This document shows positions 26,501 through 41,067 of a DNA stretch of 64,000 bases, in pieces. Each line of letters opens with the position of its first letter. Positions within the stretch are counted from its first letter, which is position 1. Position numbers and translations under genes: made by a program. The notes under the pieces were generated by a model. It did no database searches, was not told where the DNA came from, and worked only from the letters and a program-made list of their open reading frames with translations. Source of the stretch: Auanema rhodensis (lineage: Eukaryota; Animalia; Nematoda); NCBI GenBank assembly GCA_964057225.1, contig OZ059898.1:17484001-17548000 (forward strand). Direction: 5' to 3'.

Positions 26501-29237
26501 CTTAAAAATGCACCGAGATATCAATTGATATAAGTTCACACTTATATCCTCGATTTTCACCCTGAAGAAATAATTTTTTCGTTGAATAACATTGTCCATC
26601 GTTTTTGCCTTGAAAAAAGGCATCTAAAAACATCTACTTTATGCTAAATTATTTCGAAATTTTTCGAAAAAATTTTTGTCAAAATGTTTTTGGAAGCAAT
26701 GTTGTGTGTACATGGAAACTCAACATACACTAATGCATCATTTTTCAAACGACCATAACTAATTTTTGTATTAAGCGTTTCTCAATGTAGTATAGTGCAT
26801 TCGATGCGGATTTTTAAGTTGCGTCGATCTGTGTTATCAGATTTGCGCTAGCTTAAAAATGCACCGAGACATCAACTGATATAAGTTCACACTTATATCC
26901 TCGATTTTCACCCTGAAGAATTTATTTTTTCGTTGAATAACATTGTCCATCGTCTTTGCCTTGAAAAAAGGAATCTAAAAACATCTACTTTTTGCTAAAT
27001 TATTCTGAAATTTTTCGAAAAAATTTTTGTCAAAATGTTTTTGGAAGCAATGTTGAGTGTACATGGAAACTCAACATACACTAATGCATCATTTTTCAAA
27101 CGACCATAACTAATTTTTGTATTAAGCGTTTCTCAATGTAGTATAATGCATTCGATGCGGATTTTTAAGCTGCGTCGATCTGTGTTATCAGATTTGCGCT
27201 AGCTTAAAAATGCACCGAGATATCAACTGATATAAGTTCACACTTATATCCTCGATTTTCACCCTGAAGAAATAATTTTTTTGTTGAATAACATTGTCCA
27301 TCGTCTTTGCCTTGAAAAAAGAAATCTAAAAACATCTACTTTTTGCTAAATTATTCTGAAATTTTTCGAAAAAATTTTTGTCAAAATGTTTTTGGAAGCA
27401 ATGTTGAGCGTACATGGAAACTCAACATACACTAATGCATCATTTTTCAAACGATCATAACTAATTTTTGTATCAAGCGTTTCTCAATGTAGTATAGTGC
27501 ATTCGATGCGGATTTTTAAGCTGCGTCGATCTGTGTTATCAGATTTGCGCTAGCTTAAAAATGCACCGAGATATCAATTGATATAAGTTCACACTTATAT
27601 CCTCGATTTTCACCCTGAAGAAATAATTTTTTCGTTGAATAACATTGTCCATCGTCTTTGCCTTGAAAAAAGGCATCTAAAAACATCTACTTTTTGCTAA
27701 ATTATTTCGAAATTTTTCGAAAAAATTTTTGTCAAAATGTTTTTGGAAGCAATGTTGAGCGTACATGGAAACTCAACATACACTAATGCATCATTTTTCA
27801 AACGATCATAACTAATTTTTGTATCAAGCGTTTCTCAATGTAGTATAGTGCATTCGATGCGGATTTTTAAGCTGCGTCGATCTGTGTTATCAGATTTGCG
27901 CTAGCTTAAAAATGCACCGAGATATCAATTGATATAAGTTCACACTTATATCCTCGATTTTCACCCTGAAGAAATAATTTTTTCGTTGAATAACATTGTC
28001 CATCGTCTTTGCCTTGAAAAAAGGCATCTAAAAACATCTACTTTATGCTAAATTATTTCGAAATTTTTCGAAAAAGTTTTTGTCAAAATGTTTTTGGAAG
28101 CAATGTTGTGTGTACATGGAAACTCAACATACACTAATGCATCATTTTTCAAACGACCATAACTAATTTTTGTATTAAGCGTTTCTCAATGTAGTATAGT
28201 GCATTCGATGCGGATTTTTAAGTTGCGTCGATCTGTGTTATCAGATTTGCGCTAGCTTAAAAATGCACCGAGACATCAACTGATATAAGTTCACACTTAT
28301 ATCCTCGATTTTCACCCTGAAGAATTTATTTTTTCGTTGAATAACATTGTCCATCGTCTTTGCCTTGAAAAAAGGAATCTAAAAACATCTACTTTTTGCT
28401 AAATTATTCTGAAATTTTTCGAAAAAATTTTTGTCAAAATGTTTTTGGAAGCAATGTTGAGTGTACATGGAAACTCAACATACACTAATGCATCATTTTT
28501 CAAACGACCATAACTAATTTTTGTATTAAGCGTTTCTCAATGTAGTATAATGCATTCGATGCGGATTTTTAAGCTGCGTCGATCTGTGTTATCAGATTTG
28601 CGCTAGCTTAAAAATGCACCGAGATATCAACTGATATAAGTTCACACTTATATCCTCGATTTTCACCCTGAAGAAATAATTTTTTTGTTGAATAACATTG
28701 TCCATCGTCTTTGCCTTGAAAAAAGAAATCTAAAAACATCTACTTTTTGCTAAATTATTCTGAAATTTTTCGAAAAAATTTTTGTCAAAATGTTTTTGGA
28801 AGCAATGTTGAGCGTACATGGAAACTCAACATACACTAATGCATCATTTTTCAAACGATCATAACTAATTTTTGTATCAAGCGTTTCTCAATGTAGTATA
28901 GTGCATTCGATGCGGATTTTTAAGCTGCGTCGATCTGTGTTATCAGATTTGCGCTAGCTTAAAAATGCACCGAGATATCAATTGATATAAGTTCACACTT
29001 ATATCCTCGATTTTCACCCTGAAGAAATAATTTTTTCGTTGAATAACATTGTCCATCGTCTTTGCCTTGAAAAAAGGCATCTAAAAACATCTACTTTTTG
29101 CTAAATTATTTCGAAATTTTTCGAAAAAATTTTTGTCAAAATGTTTTTGGAAGCAATGTTGAGCGTACATGGAAACTCAACATACACTAATGCATCATTT
29201 TTCAAACGATCATAACTAATTTTTGTATCAAGCGTTA
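23518..29237. repeat. Block duplicate of about 12286-18005 (offset 11232 bp = 32 monomers)
   Basis: Rare variants are shared at an identical offset: T12G 14403/25635, T270C 15012/26244, GC130-131TT 15223/26455 and T104A 18005/29237. Confidence 0.9.
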
Positions 29238-32200
29238 CTCAATGTAGTATAGTGCATTCGATGCGGATTTTTAAGCTGCGTCGATCTGTGTTATCAGATT
29301 TGCGCTAGCTTAAAAATGCACCGAGATATCAATTGATATAAGTTCACACTTATATCCTCGATTTTCACCCTGAAGAAATAATTTTTTCGTTGAATAACAT
29401 TGCCCATCGTCTTTGCCTTGAAAAAAGGAATCTAAAAACATCTACTCTTTGCTAAATTATTCTGAAATTTTTCAAAAAAATTTTTGTCAAAATGTTTTTG
29501 GAAGCAATGTTGAGTGTACATGGAAACTCAACATACACTAATGCAGCATTTTTCAAACGATCATAACTAATTTCTGTATTAAGCGTTTCTCAATGTAGTA
29601 TAGTGCATTCGATTTGGATTTTTAAGCTGCGTCGATCTGTGTTATCAGATTTGCGCTAGCTTAAAAATGCACCGAGATATCAATTGATATAAGTTCACAC
29701 TTATATCCTCGATTTTCACCCTGAAGAAATAATTTTTTCGTTGAATAACATTGTCCATCGTCTTTGCCTTGAAAAAAGGCATCTAAAAACATCTACTTTA
29801 TGCTAAATTATTTCGAAATTTTTCGAAAAAATTTTTGTCAAAATGTTTTTGGAAGCAATGTTGTGTGTACATGGAAACTCAACATACACTAATGCATCAT
29901 TTTTCAAACGACCATAACTAATTTTTGTATTAAGCGTTTCTCAATGTAGTATAGTGCATTCGATGCGGATTTTTAAGTTGCGTCGATCTGTGTTATCAGA
30001 TTTGCGCTAGCTTAAAAATGCACCGAGACATCAACTGATATAAGTTCACACTTATATCCTCGATTTTCACCCTGAAGAATTTATTTTTTCGTTGAATAAC
30101 ATTGTCCATCGTCTTTGCCTTGAAAAAAGGAATCTAAAAACATCTACTTTTTGCTAAATTATTCTGAAATTTTTCGAAAAAATTTTTGTCAAAATGTTTT
30201 TGGAAGCAATGTTGAGTGTACATGGAAACTCAACATACACTAATGCATCATTTTTCAAACGACCATAACTAATTTTTGTATTAAGCGTTTCTCAATGTAG
30301 TATAATGCATTCGATGCGGATTTTTAAGCTGCGTCGATCTGTGTTATCAGATTTGCGCTAGCTTAAAAATGCACCGAGATATCAACTGATATAAGTTCAC
30401 ACTTATATCCTCGATTTTCACCCTGAAGAAATAATTTTTTTGTTGAATAACATTGTCCATCGTCTTTGCCTTGAAAAAAGAAATCTAAAAACATCTACTT
30501 TTTGCTAAATTATTCTGAAATTTTTCGAAAAAATTTTTGTCAAAATGTTTTTGGAAGCAATGTTGAGCGTACATGGAAACTCAACATACACTAATGCATC
30601 ATTTTTCAAACGATCATAACTAATTTTTGTATCAAGCGTTTCTCAATGTAGTATAGTGCATTCGATGCGGATTTTTAAGCTGCGTCGATCTGTGTTATCA
30701 GATTTGCGCTAGCTTAAAAATGCACCGAGATATCAATTGATATAAGTTCACACTTATATCCTCGATTTTCACCCTGAAGAAATAATTTTTTCGTTGAATA
30801 ACATTGTCCATCGTCTTTGCCTTGAAAAAAGGCATCTAAAAACATCTACTTTTTGCTAAATTATTTCGAAATTTTTCGAAAAAATTTTTGTCAAAATGTT
30901 TTTGGAAGCAATGTTGAGCGTACATGGAAACTCAACATACACTAATGCATCATTTTTCAAACGATCATAACTAATTTTTGTATCAAGCGTTTCTCAATGT
31001 AGTATAGTGCATTCGATGCGGATTTTTAAGCTGCGTCGATCTGTGTTATCAGATTTGCGCTAGCTTAAAAATGCACCGAGATATCAATTGATATAAGTTC
31101 ACACTTATATCCTCGATTTTCACCCTGAAGAAATAATTTTTTCGTTGAATAACATTGTCCATCGTCTTTGCCTTGAAAAAAGGCATCTAAAAACATCTAC
31201 TTTATGCTAAATTATTTCGAAATTTTTCGAAAAAGTTTTTGTCAAAATGTTTTTGGAAGCAATGTTGTGTGTACATGGAAACTCAACATACACTAATGCA
31301 TCATTTTTCAAACGACCATAACTAATTTTTGTATTAAGCGTTTCTCAATGTAGTATAGTGCATTCGATGCGGATTTTTAAGTTGCGTCGATCTGTGTTAT
31401 CAGATTTGCGCTAGCTTAAAAATGCACCGAGACATCAACTGATATAAGTTCACACTTATATCCTCGATTTTCACCCTGAAGAATTTATTTTTTCGTTGAA
31501 TAACATTGTCCATCGTCTTTGCCTTGAAAAAAGGAATCTAAAAACATCTACTTTTTGCTAAATTATTCTGAAATTTTTCGAAAAAATTTTTGTCAAAATG
31601 TTTTTGGAAGCAATGTTGAGTGTACATGGAAACTCAACATACACTAATGCATCATTTTTCAAACGACCATAACTAATTTTTGTATTAAGCGTTTCTCAAT
31701 GTAGTATAATGCATTCGATGCGGATTTTTAAGCTGCGTCGATCTGTGTTATCAGATTTGCGCTAGCTTAAAAATGCACCGAGATATCAACTGATATAAGT
31801 TCACACTTATATCCTCGATTTTCACCCTGAAGAAATAATTTTTTTGTTGAATAACATTGTCCATCGTCTTTGCCTTGAAAAAAGAAATCTAAAAACATCT
31901 ACTTTTTGCTAAATTATTCTGAAATTTTTCGAAAAAATTTTTGTCAAAATGTTTTTGGAAGCAATGTTGAGCGTACATGGAAACTCAACATACACTAATG
32001 CATCATTTTTCAAACGATCATAACTAATTTTTGTATCAAGCGTTTCTCAATGTAGTATAGTGCATTCGATGCGGATTTTTAAGCTGCGTCGATCTGTGTT
32101 ATCAGATTTGCGCTAGCTTAAAAATGCACCGAGATATCAATTGATATAAGTTCACACTTATATCCTCGATTTTCACCCTGAAGAAATAATTTTTTCGTTG

Positions 32201-32396
32201 AATAACATTGTCCATCGTCTTTGCCTTGAAAAAAGGCATCTAAAAACATCTACTTTTTGCTAAATTATTTCGAAATTTTTCGAAAAAATTTTTGTCAAAA
32301 TGTTTTTGGAAGCAATGTTGAGCGTACATGGAAACTCAACATACACTAATGCATCATTTTTCAAACGATCATAACTAATTTTTGTATCAAGCGTTA
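26244..32396. repeat. 9-monomer tandem duplication (3159-bp unit)
   Basis: T270C 26244/29403, GC>TT 26455/29614, G119A 27146/30305 and 28550/31709, and T104A 29237/32396 all show offset 3159. Confidence 0.9.
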
Positions 32397-33345
32397 CTCA
32401 ATGTAGTATAGTGCATTCGATGCGGATTTTTAAGCTGCGTCGATCTGTGTTATCAGATTTGCGCTAGCTTAAAAATGCACCGAGATATCAATTGATATAA
32501 GTTCACACTTATATCCTCGATTTTCACCCTGAAGAAATAATTTTTTCGTTGAATAACATTGTCCATCGTCTTTGCCTTGAAAAAAGGCATCTAAAAACAT
32601 CTACTTTATGCTAAATTATTTCGAAATTTTTCGAAAAAGTTTTTGTCAAAATGTTTTTGGAAGCAATGTTGTGTGTACATGGAAACTCAACATACACTAA
32701 TGCATCATTTTTCAAACGACCATAACTAATTTTTGTATTAAGCGTTTCTCAATGTAGTATAGTGCATTCGATGCGGATTTTTAAGTTGCGTCGATCTGTG
32801 TTATCAGATTTGCGCTAGCTTAAAAATGCACCGAGACATCAACTGATATAAGTTCACACTTATATCCTCGATTTTCACCCTGAAGAATTTATTTTTTCGT
32901 TGAATAACATTGTCCATCGTCTTTGCCTTGAAAAAAGGAATCTAAAAACATCTACTTTTTGCTAAATTATTCTGAAATTTTTCGAAAAAATTTTTGTCAA
33001 AATGTTTTTGGAAGCAATGTTGAGTGTACATGGAAACTCAACATACACTAATGCATCATTTTTCAAACGATCATAACAAGTTTTTGTATTAAGCGTTGCT
33101 CAATGTAGTATAGTGCATTCGATGCGGATTTTTAAGCTGCGTCGATCTGTGTTATCAGATTTGCGCTAGCTTAGAAATGCACCGAGATATCAATTGATAT
33201 AAGTTCACACTTATATCCTCGATTTTCACCCTGAAGAAATAATTTTTTCGTTGAATAACATTGTCCATCGTCTTTGCCTTGAAAAAAGGAATCTAAAAAC
33301 ATCTACTCTTTGCTAAATTATTCTGAAATTTTTCAAAAAAATTTT

Positions 33346-35100
33346 TGTCAAAATGTTTTTGGAAGCAATGTTGAGTGTACATGGAAACTCAACATACACT
33401 AATGCAGCATTTTTCAAACGATCATAACTAATTTTTGTATCAAGCGTTTCTCAATGTAGTATAGTGAATTCGATGCGGATTTTTAAGCTGCGTCGATCTG
33501 TGTTATCAGATTTGCGCTAGCTTAAAAATGCACCGAGATATCAATTGATATAAGTTCACACTTATATCCTCGATTTTCACCCTGAAGAAATAATTTTTTC
33601 GTTGAATAACATTGTCCATCGTCTTTGCCTTGAAAAAAGGAATCTAAAAACATCTACTTTTTGCTAAATTATTTTGAAATTTTTCGAAAAAATTTTTGTC
33701 AAAATGTTTTTGGAAGCAATGTTGAGCGTACATGGAAACTCAACATACACTAATGCATCATTTTTCAAACGATCATAACTAATTTTTGTATCAAGCGTTT
33801 CTCAATGTAGTATAGTGCATTCGATGCGGATTTTTAAGCTGCGTCGATCTGTGTTATCAGATTTGCGCTAGCTTAAAAATGCACCGAGATATCAATTGAT
33901 ATAAGTTCACACTTATATCCTCGATTTTCACCCTGAAGAAATAATTTTTTCGTTGAATAACATTGTCCATCGTCTTTGCCTTGAAAAAACGAATCTAAAA
34001 ACATCTACTTTTTGCTAAATTATTCTGAAATTTTTCAAAAAAATTTTTGTCAAAATGTTTTTGGAAGCAATGTTGAGTGTACATGGAAACTCAACATACA
34101 CTAATGCAGCATTTTTCAAACGATCATAACTAATTTTTGTATCAAGCGTTTCTCAATGTAGTATAGTGAATTCGATGCGGATTTTTAAGCTGCGTCGATC
34201 TGTGTTATCAGATTTGCGCTAGCTTAAAAATGCACCGAGATATCAATTGATATAAGTTCACACTTATATCCTCGATTTTCACCCTGAAGAAATAATTTTT
34301 TCGTTGAATAACATTGTCCATCGTCTTTGCCTTGAAAAAAGGAATCTAAAAACATCTACTTTTTGCTAAATTATTTTGAAATTTTTCGAAAAAATTTTTG
34401 TCAAAATGTTTTTGGAAGCAATGTTGAGCGTACATGGAAACTCAACATACACTAATGCATCATTTTTCAAACGATCATAACTAATTTTTGTATCAAGCGT
34501 TTCTCAATGTAGTATAGTGCATTCGATGCGGATTTTTAAGCTGCGTCGATCTGTGTTATCAGATTTGCGCTAGCTTAAAAATGCACCGAGATATCAATTG
34601 ATATAAGTTCACACTTATATCCTCGATTTTCACCCTGAAGAAATAATTTTTTCGTTGAATAACATTGTCCATCGTCTTTGCCTTGAAAAAACGAATCTAA
34701 AAACATCTACTTTTTGCTAAATTATTCTGAAATTTTTCAAAAAAATTTTTGTCAAAATGTTTTTGGAAGCAATGTTGAGTGTACATGGAAACTCAACATA
34801 CACTAATGCATCATTTTTCAAACGATCATAACTAATTTTTGTATCAAGCGTTTCTCAATGTAGTATAGTGAATTCGATGCGGATTTTTAAGCTGCGTCGA
34901 TCTGTCTTATCAGATTTGCGCTAGCTTAAAAATGCACCGAGATATCAATTGATATAAGTTCACACTTATATCCTCGATTTTCACCCTGAAGAAATAATTT
35001 TTTCGTTGAATAACATTGTCCATCGTCTTTGCCTTGAAAAAAGGAATCTAAAAACATCTACTTTTTGCTAAATTATTCTGAAATTTTTCGAAAAAATTTT
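33346..35100. repeat. 2-mer higher-order repeat (702 bp), about 2.5 copies (monomers 96-100)
   Basis: C122A creates GAATTC at 33466, 34168 and 34870. G294C occurs at 33990 and 34692. Confidence 0.87.
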
Positions 35101-37557
35101 TGTCAAAATGTTTTTGGAAGCAATGTTGAGTGTACATGGAAACTCAACATACACTAATGCATCATTTTTCAAACGATCATAACAAGTTTTTGTATTAAGC
35201 GTTTCTCAATGTAGTATAGTGCATTCGATGCGGATTTTTAAGCTGCGTCGATCTGTGTTATCAGATTTGCGCTAGCTTAAAAATGCACCGAGATATCAAT
35301 TGATATAAGTTCACACTTATATCCTCGATTTTCACCCTGAAGAAATAATTTTTTCGTTGAATAACATTGTCCATCGTCTTTGCCTTGAAAAAAGGAATCT
35401 AAAAACATCTACTCTTTGCTAAATTATTCTGAAATTTTTCAAAAAAATTTTTGTCAAAATGTTTTTGGAAGCAATGTTGAGTGTACATGGAAACTCAACA
35501 TACACTAATGCATCATTTTTCAAACGATCATAACTAATTTCTGTATTAAGCGTTTCTCAATGTAGTATAGTGCATTCGATGCGGATTTTTAAGCTGCGTC
35601 GATCTGTCTTATCAGATTTGCGCAAGCTTAAAAATGCACCGAGACATCAACTGATATAAGTTCACACTGATATCCTCGATTTTCACCCTGAAGAATTGAT
35701 TTTTTCGTTGAATAACATTGTCCATCGTCTTTGCCTTGAAAAAAGGAATCTAAAAACATCTACTTTTTGCTAAATTATTCTGAAATTTTTCGAAAAAATT
35801 TTTGTCAAAATGTTTTTGGAAGCAAAGTTGAGTGTACATGGAAACTCAACATACACTAATGCATCATTTTTCAAACGATCATAACAAGTTTTTGTATTAA
35901 GCGTTTCTCAATGTAGTATAGTGCATTCGATGCGGATTTTTAAGCTGCGTCGATCTGTGTTATCAGATTTGCGCTAGCTTAAAAATGCACCGAGATATCA
36001 ATTGATATAAGTTCACACTTATATCCTCGATTTTCACCCTGAAGAAATAATTTTTTCGTTGAATAACATTGTCCATCGTCTTTGCCTTGAAAAAAGGAAT
36101 CTAAAAACATCTACTCTTTGCTAAATTATTCTGAAATTTTTCAAAAAAATTTTTGTCAAAATGTTTTTGGAAGCAATGTTGAGTGTACATGGAAACTCAA
36201 CATACACTAATGCAGCATTTTTCAAACGATCATAACTAATTTTTGTATCAAGCGTTTCTCAATGTAGTATAGTGAATTCGATGCGGATTTTTAAGCTGCG
36301 TCGATCTGTGTTATCAGATTTGCGCTAGCTTAAAAATGCCCCGAGATATCAATTGATATAAGTTCACACTTATATCCTCGATTTTCACCCTGAAGAAATA
36401 ATTTTTTCGTTGAATAACATTGTCCATCGTCTTTGCCTTGAAAAAAGGAATCTAAAAACATCTACTTTTTGCTAAATTATTTTGAAATTTTTCGAAAAAA
36501 TTTTTGTCAAAATGTTTTTGGAAGCAATGTTGAGCGTACATGGAAACTCAACATACACTAATGCATCATTTTTCAAACGATCATAACTAATTTTTGTATC
36601 AAGCGTTTCTCAATGTAGTATAGTGCATTCGATGCGGATTTTTAAGCTGCGTCGATCTGTGTTATCAGATTTGCGCTAGCTTAAAAATGCACCGAGATAT
36701 CAATTGATATAAGTTCACACTTATATCCTCGATTTTCACCCTGAAGAAATAATTTTTTCGTTGAATAACATTGTCCATCGCCTTTGCCTTGAAAAAACGA
36801 ATCTAAAAACATCTACTTTTTGCTAAATTATTCTGAAATTTTTCAAAAAAATTTTTGTCAAAATGTTTTTGGAAGCAATGTTGAGTGTACATGGAAACTC
36901 AACATACACTAATGCATCATTTTTCAAACGATCATATTTAATTTCTGTATTAAGCGTTTCTCAATGTAGTATAGTGCATTCGATGCGGATTTTTAAGCTG
37001 CGTCGATCTGTGTTATCAGATTTGCGCAAGCTTAAAAATGCACCGAGACATCAACTGATATAAGTTCACACTGATATCCTCGATTTTCACCCTGAAGAAT
37101 TGATTTTTTCGTTGAATAACATTGTCCATCGTCTTTGCCTTGAAAAAAGGCATCTAAAAACATCTACTTTTTGCTAAATTATTTTGAAATTTTTCGAAAA
37201 AATTTTTGTCAAAATGTTTTTGGAAGCAATGTTGTGTGTACATGGAAACTCAACATACACTAATGCATCATTTTTCAAACGATCATAACAAATTTTTGTA
37301 TTAAGCGTTTCTCAATGTAGTATAGTGCATTCGATGCGGATTTTTAAGCTGCGTCGATCTGTGTTATCAGATTTGCGCAAGCTTAAAAATGCACCGAGAC
37401 ATCAACTGATATAAGTTCACACTGATATCCTCGATTTTCACCCTGAAGAATTGATTTTTTCGTTGAATAACATTGTCCATCGTCTTTGCCTTGAAAAAAG
37501 GAATCTAAAAACATCTACTTTTTGCTAAATTATTCTGAAATTTTTCGAAAAAATTTT

Positions 37558-40500
37558 TGTCAAAATGTTTTTGGAAGCAATGTTGAGTGTACATGGAAAC
37601 TCAACATACACTAATGCATCATTTTTCAAACGATCATAACAAATTTTTGTATTAAGCGTTTCTCAATGTAGTATAGTGCATTCGATGCGGATTTTTAAGC
37701 TGCGTCGATTTGTGTTATCAGATTTGCGCTAGCTTAAAAATGCACCGAGACATCAACTGATATAAGTTCACACTTATATCCTCGATTTTCACCCTAAAGA
37801 AATAATTTTTTCGTTGAATAACATTGTCCATCGTTTTTGCTTTGAAAAAAGGAATCTAAAAACATCTACTTTTTGCTAAATTATTTTGAAATTTTTCGAA
37901 AAAATTTTTGTCAAAATGTTTTTGGAAGCAATGTTGAGTGTACATGGAAACTCAACATACACTAATGCATCATTTTTCAAACGATCATAACTAATTTCTG
38001 TATTAAGCGTTTCTCAATGTAGTATAGTGCATTCGATGCGGATTTTTAAGCTGCGTCGATCTGTGTTATCAGATTTGCGCAAGCTTAAAAATGCACCGAG
38101 ACATCAACTGATATAAGTTCACACTGATATCCTCGATTTTCACCCTGAAGAATTGATTTTTTCGTTGAATAACATTGTCCATCGTCTTTGCCTTGAAAAA
38201 TGGCATCTAAAAACATCTACTTTTTGCTAAATTATTTCGAAATTTTTCGAAAAAATTTTTGTCAAAATGTTTTTGGAAGCAATGTTGTGTGTACATGGAA
38301 ACTCAACATACACTAATGCATCATTTTTCAAACGACCATAACTAATTTTTGTATTAAGCGTTTCTCAATGTAGTATAGTGCATTCGATGCGGATTTTTAA
38401 GTTGCGTCGATCTGTGTTATCAGATTTGCGCTAGCTTAAAAATGCACCGAGACATCAACTGATATAAGTTCACACTTATATCCTCGATTTTCACCCTGAA
38501 GAATTTATTTTTTCGTTGAATAACATTGTCCATCGTCTTTGCCTTAAAAAAAGGAATCTAAAAACATCTACTTTTTGCTAAATTATTCTGAAATTTTTCG
38601 AAAAAATTTTTGTCAAAATGTTTTTGGAAGCAATGTTGAGTGTACATGGAAACTCAACATACACTAATGCATCATTTTTCAAACGATCATAACTAATTTT
38701 TGTATTAAGCGTTTCTCAATGTAGTATAGTGCATTCGATGCGGATTTTTAAGCTGCGTCGATTTGTGTTATCAGATTTGCGCTAGCTTAAAAATGCACCG
38801 AGACATCAACTGATATAAGTTCACACTTATATCCTCGATTTTCACCCTGAAGAAATAATTTTTTCGTTGAATAACATTGTCCATCGTTTTTGCTTTGAAA
38901 AAAGGAATCTAAAAACATCTACTTTTTGCTAAATTATTTTGAAATTTTTCGAAAAAATTTTTGTCAAAATGTTTTTGGAAGCAATGTTGAGTGTACATGG
39001 AAACTCAACATACACTAATGCATCATTTTTCAAACGATCATAACTAATTTCTGTATTAAGCGTTTCTCAATGTAGTATAGTGCATTCGATGCGGATTTTT
39101 AAGCTGCGTCGATCTGTGTTATCAGATTTGCGCAAGCTTAAAAATGCACCGAGACATCAACTGATATAAGTTCACACTGATATCCTCGATTTTCACCCTG
39201 AAGAATTGATTTTTTCGTTGAATAACATTGTCCATCGTCTTTGCCTTGAAAAAAGGCATCTAAAAACATCTACTTTTTGCTAAATTATTTCGAAATTTTT
39301 CGAAAAAATTTTTGTCAAAATGTTTTTGGAAGCAATGTTGTGTGTACATGGAAACTCAACATACACTAATGCATCATTTTTCAAACGACCATAACTAATT
39401 TTTGTATTAAGCGTTTCTCAATGTAGTATAGTGCATTCGATGCGGATTTTTAAGTTGCGTCGATCTGTGTTATCAGATTTGCGCTAGCTTAAAAATGCAC
39501 CGAGACATCAACTGATATAAGTTCACACTTATATCCTCGATTTTCACCCTGAAGAATTTATTTTTTCGTTGAATAACATTGTCCATCGTCTTTGCCTTGA
39601 AAAAAGGAATCTAAAAACATCTACTTTTTGCTAAATTATTCTGAAATTTTTCGAAAAAATTTTTGTCAAAATGTTTTTGGAAGCAATGTTGAGTGTACAT
39701 GGAAACTCAACATACACTAATGCATCATTTTTCAAACGATCATAACAAATTTTTGTATTAAGCGTTTCTCAATGTAGTATAGTGCATTCGATGCGGATTT
39801 TTAAGTTGCGTCGATCTGTGTTATCAGATTTGCGCTAGCTTAAAAATGCACCGAGACATCAACTGATATAAGTTCACACTTATATCCTCGATTTTCACCC
39901 TGAAGAATTTATTTTTTCGTTGAATAACATTGTCCATCGTCTTTGCCTTAAAAAAAGGAATCTAAAAACATCTACTTTTTGCTAAATTATTCTGAAATTT
40001 TTCGAAAAAATTTTTGTCAAAATGTTTTTGGAAGCAATGTTGAGTGTACATGGAAACTCAACATACACTAATGCATCATTTTTCAAACGATCATAACAAA
40101 TTTTTGTATTAAGCGTTTCTCAATGTAGTATAGTGCATTCGATGCGGATTTTTAAGCTGCGTCGATTTGTGTTATCAGATTTGCGCTAGCTTAAAAATGC
40201 ACCGAGACATCAACTGATATAAGTTCACACTTATATCCTCGATTTTCACCCTGAAGAAATAATTTTTTCGTTGAATAACATTGTCCATCGTTTTTGCTTT
40301 GAAAAAAGGAATCTAAAAACATCTACTTTTTGCTAAATTATTTTGAAATTTTTCGAAAAAATTTTTGTCAAAATGTTTTTGGAAGCAATGTTGAGTGTAC
40401 ATGGAAACTCAACATACACTAATGCATCATTTTTCAAACGATCATAACTAATTTCTGTATTAAGCGTTTCTCAATGTAGTATAGTGCATTCGATGCGGAT

Positions 40501-41067
40501 TTTTAAGCTGCGTCGATCTGTGTTATCAGATTTGCGCAAGCTTAAAAATGCACCGAGACATCAACTGATATAAGTTCACACTGATATCCTCGATTTTCAC
40601 CCTGAAGAATTGATTTTTTCGTTGAATAACATTGTCCATCGTCTTTGCCTTGAAAAAAGGCATCTAAAAACATCTACTTTTTGCTAAATTATTTCGAAAT
40701 TTTTCGAAAAAATTTTTGTCAAAATGTTTTTGGAAGCAATGTTGTGTGTACATGGAAACTCAACATACACTAATGCATCATTTTTCAAACGACCATAACT
40801 AATTTTTGTATTAAGCGTTTCTCAATGTAGTATAGTGCATTCGATGCGGATTTTTAAGTTGCGTCGATCTGTGTTATCAGATTTGCGCTAGCTTAAAAAT
40901 GCACCGAGACATCAACTGATATAAGTTCACACTTATATCCTCGATTTTCACCCTGAAGAATTTATTTTTTCGTTGAATAACATTGTCCATCGTCTTTGCC
41001 TTGAAAAAAGGAATCTAAAAACATCTACTTTTTGCTAAATTATTCTGAAATTTTTCGAAAAAATTTT
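37558..41067. repeat. 3-mer higher-order repeat C (1053 bp) x3, with one chimeric monomer inserted (monomers 108-117)
   Basis: The order C153T/T194C/C278T/C284T, then T90C/T173A/T218G/A247G/A296C, then A29T/T77C/C143T/A247T starts at 37558, 38611 and 40015. The monomer at 39664 is a hybrid. Confidence 0.82.

Noticed and set aside
36863-37063. 66-aa ORF on the + strand (MFLEAMLSVHG...)
   Set aside because: It lies inside monomer 106. The consensus frame has stops at monomer positions 80-82 (TAA) and 173-175 (TAG), and both happen to be mutated only in this copy. There is no recognisable protein, so it is a chance read-through.
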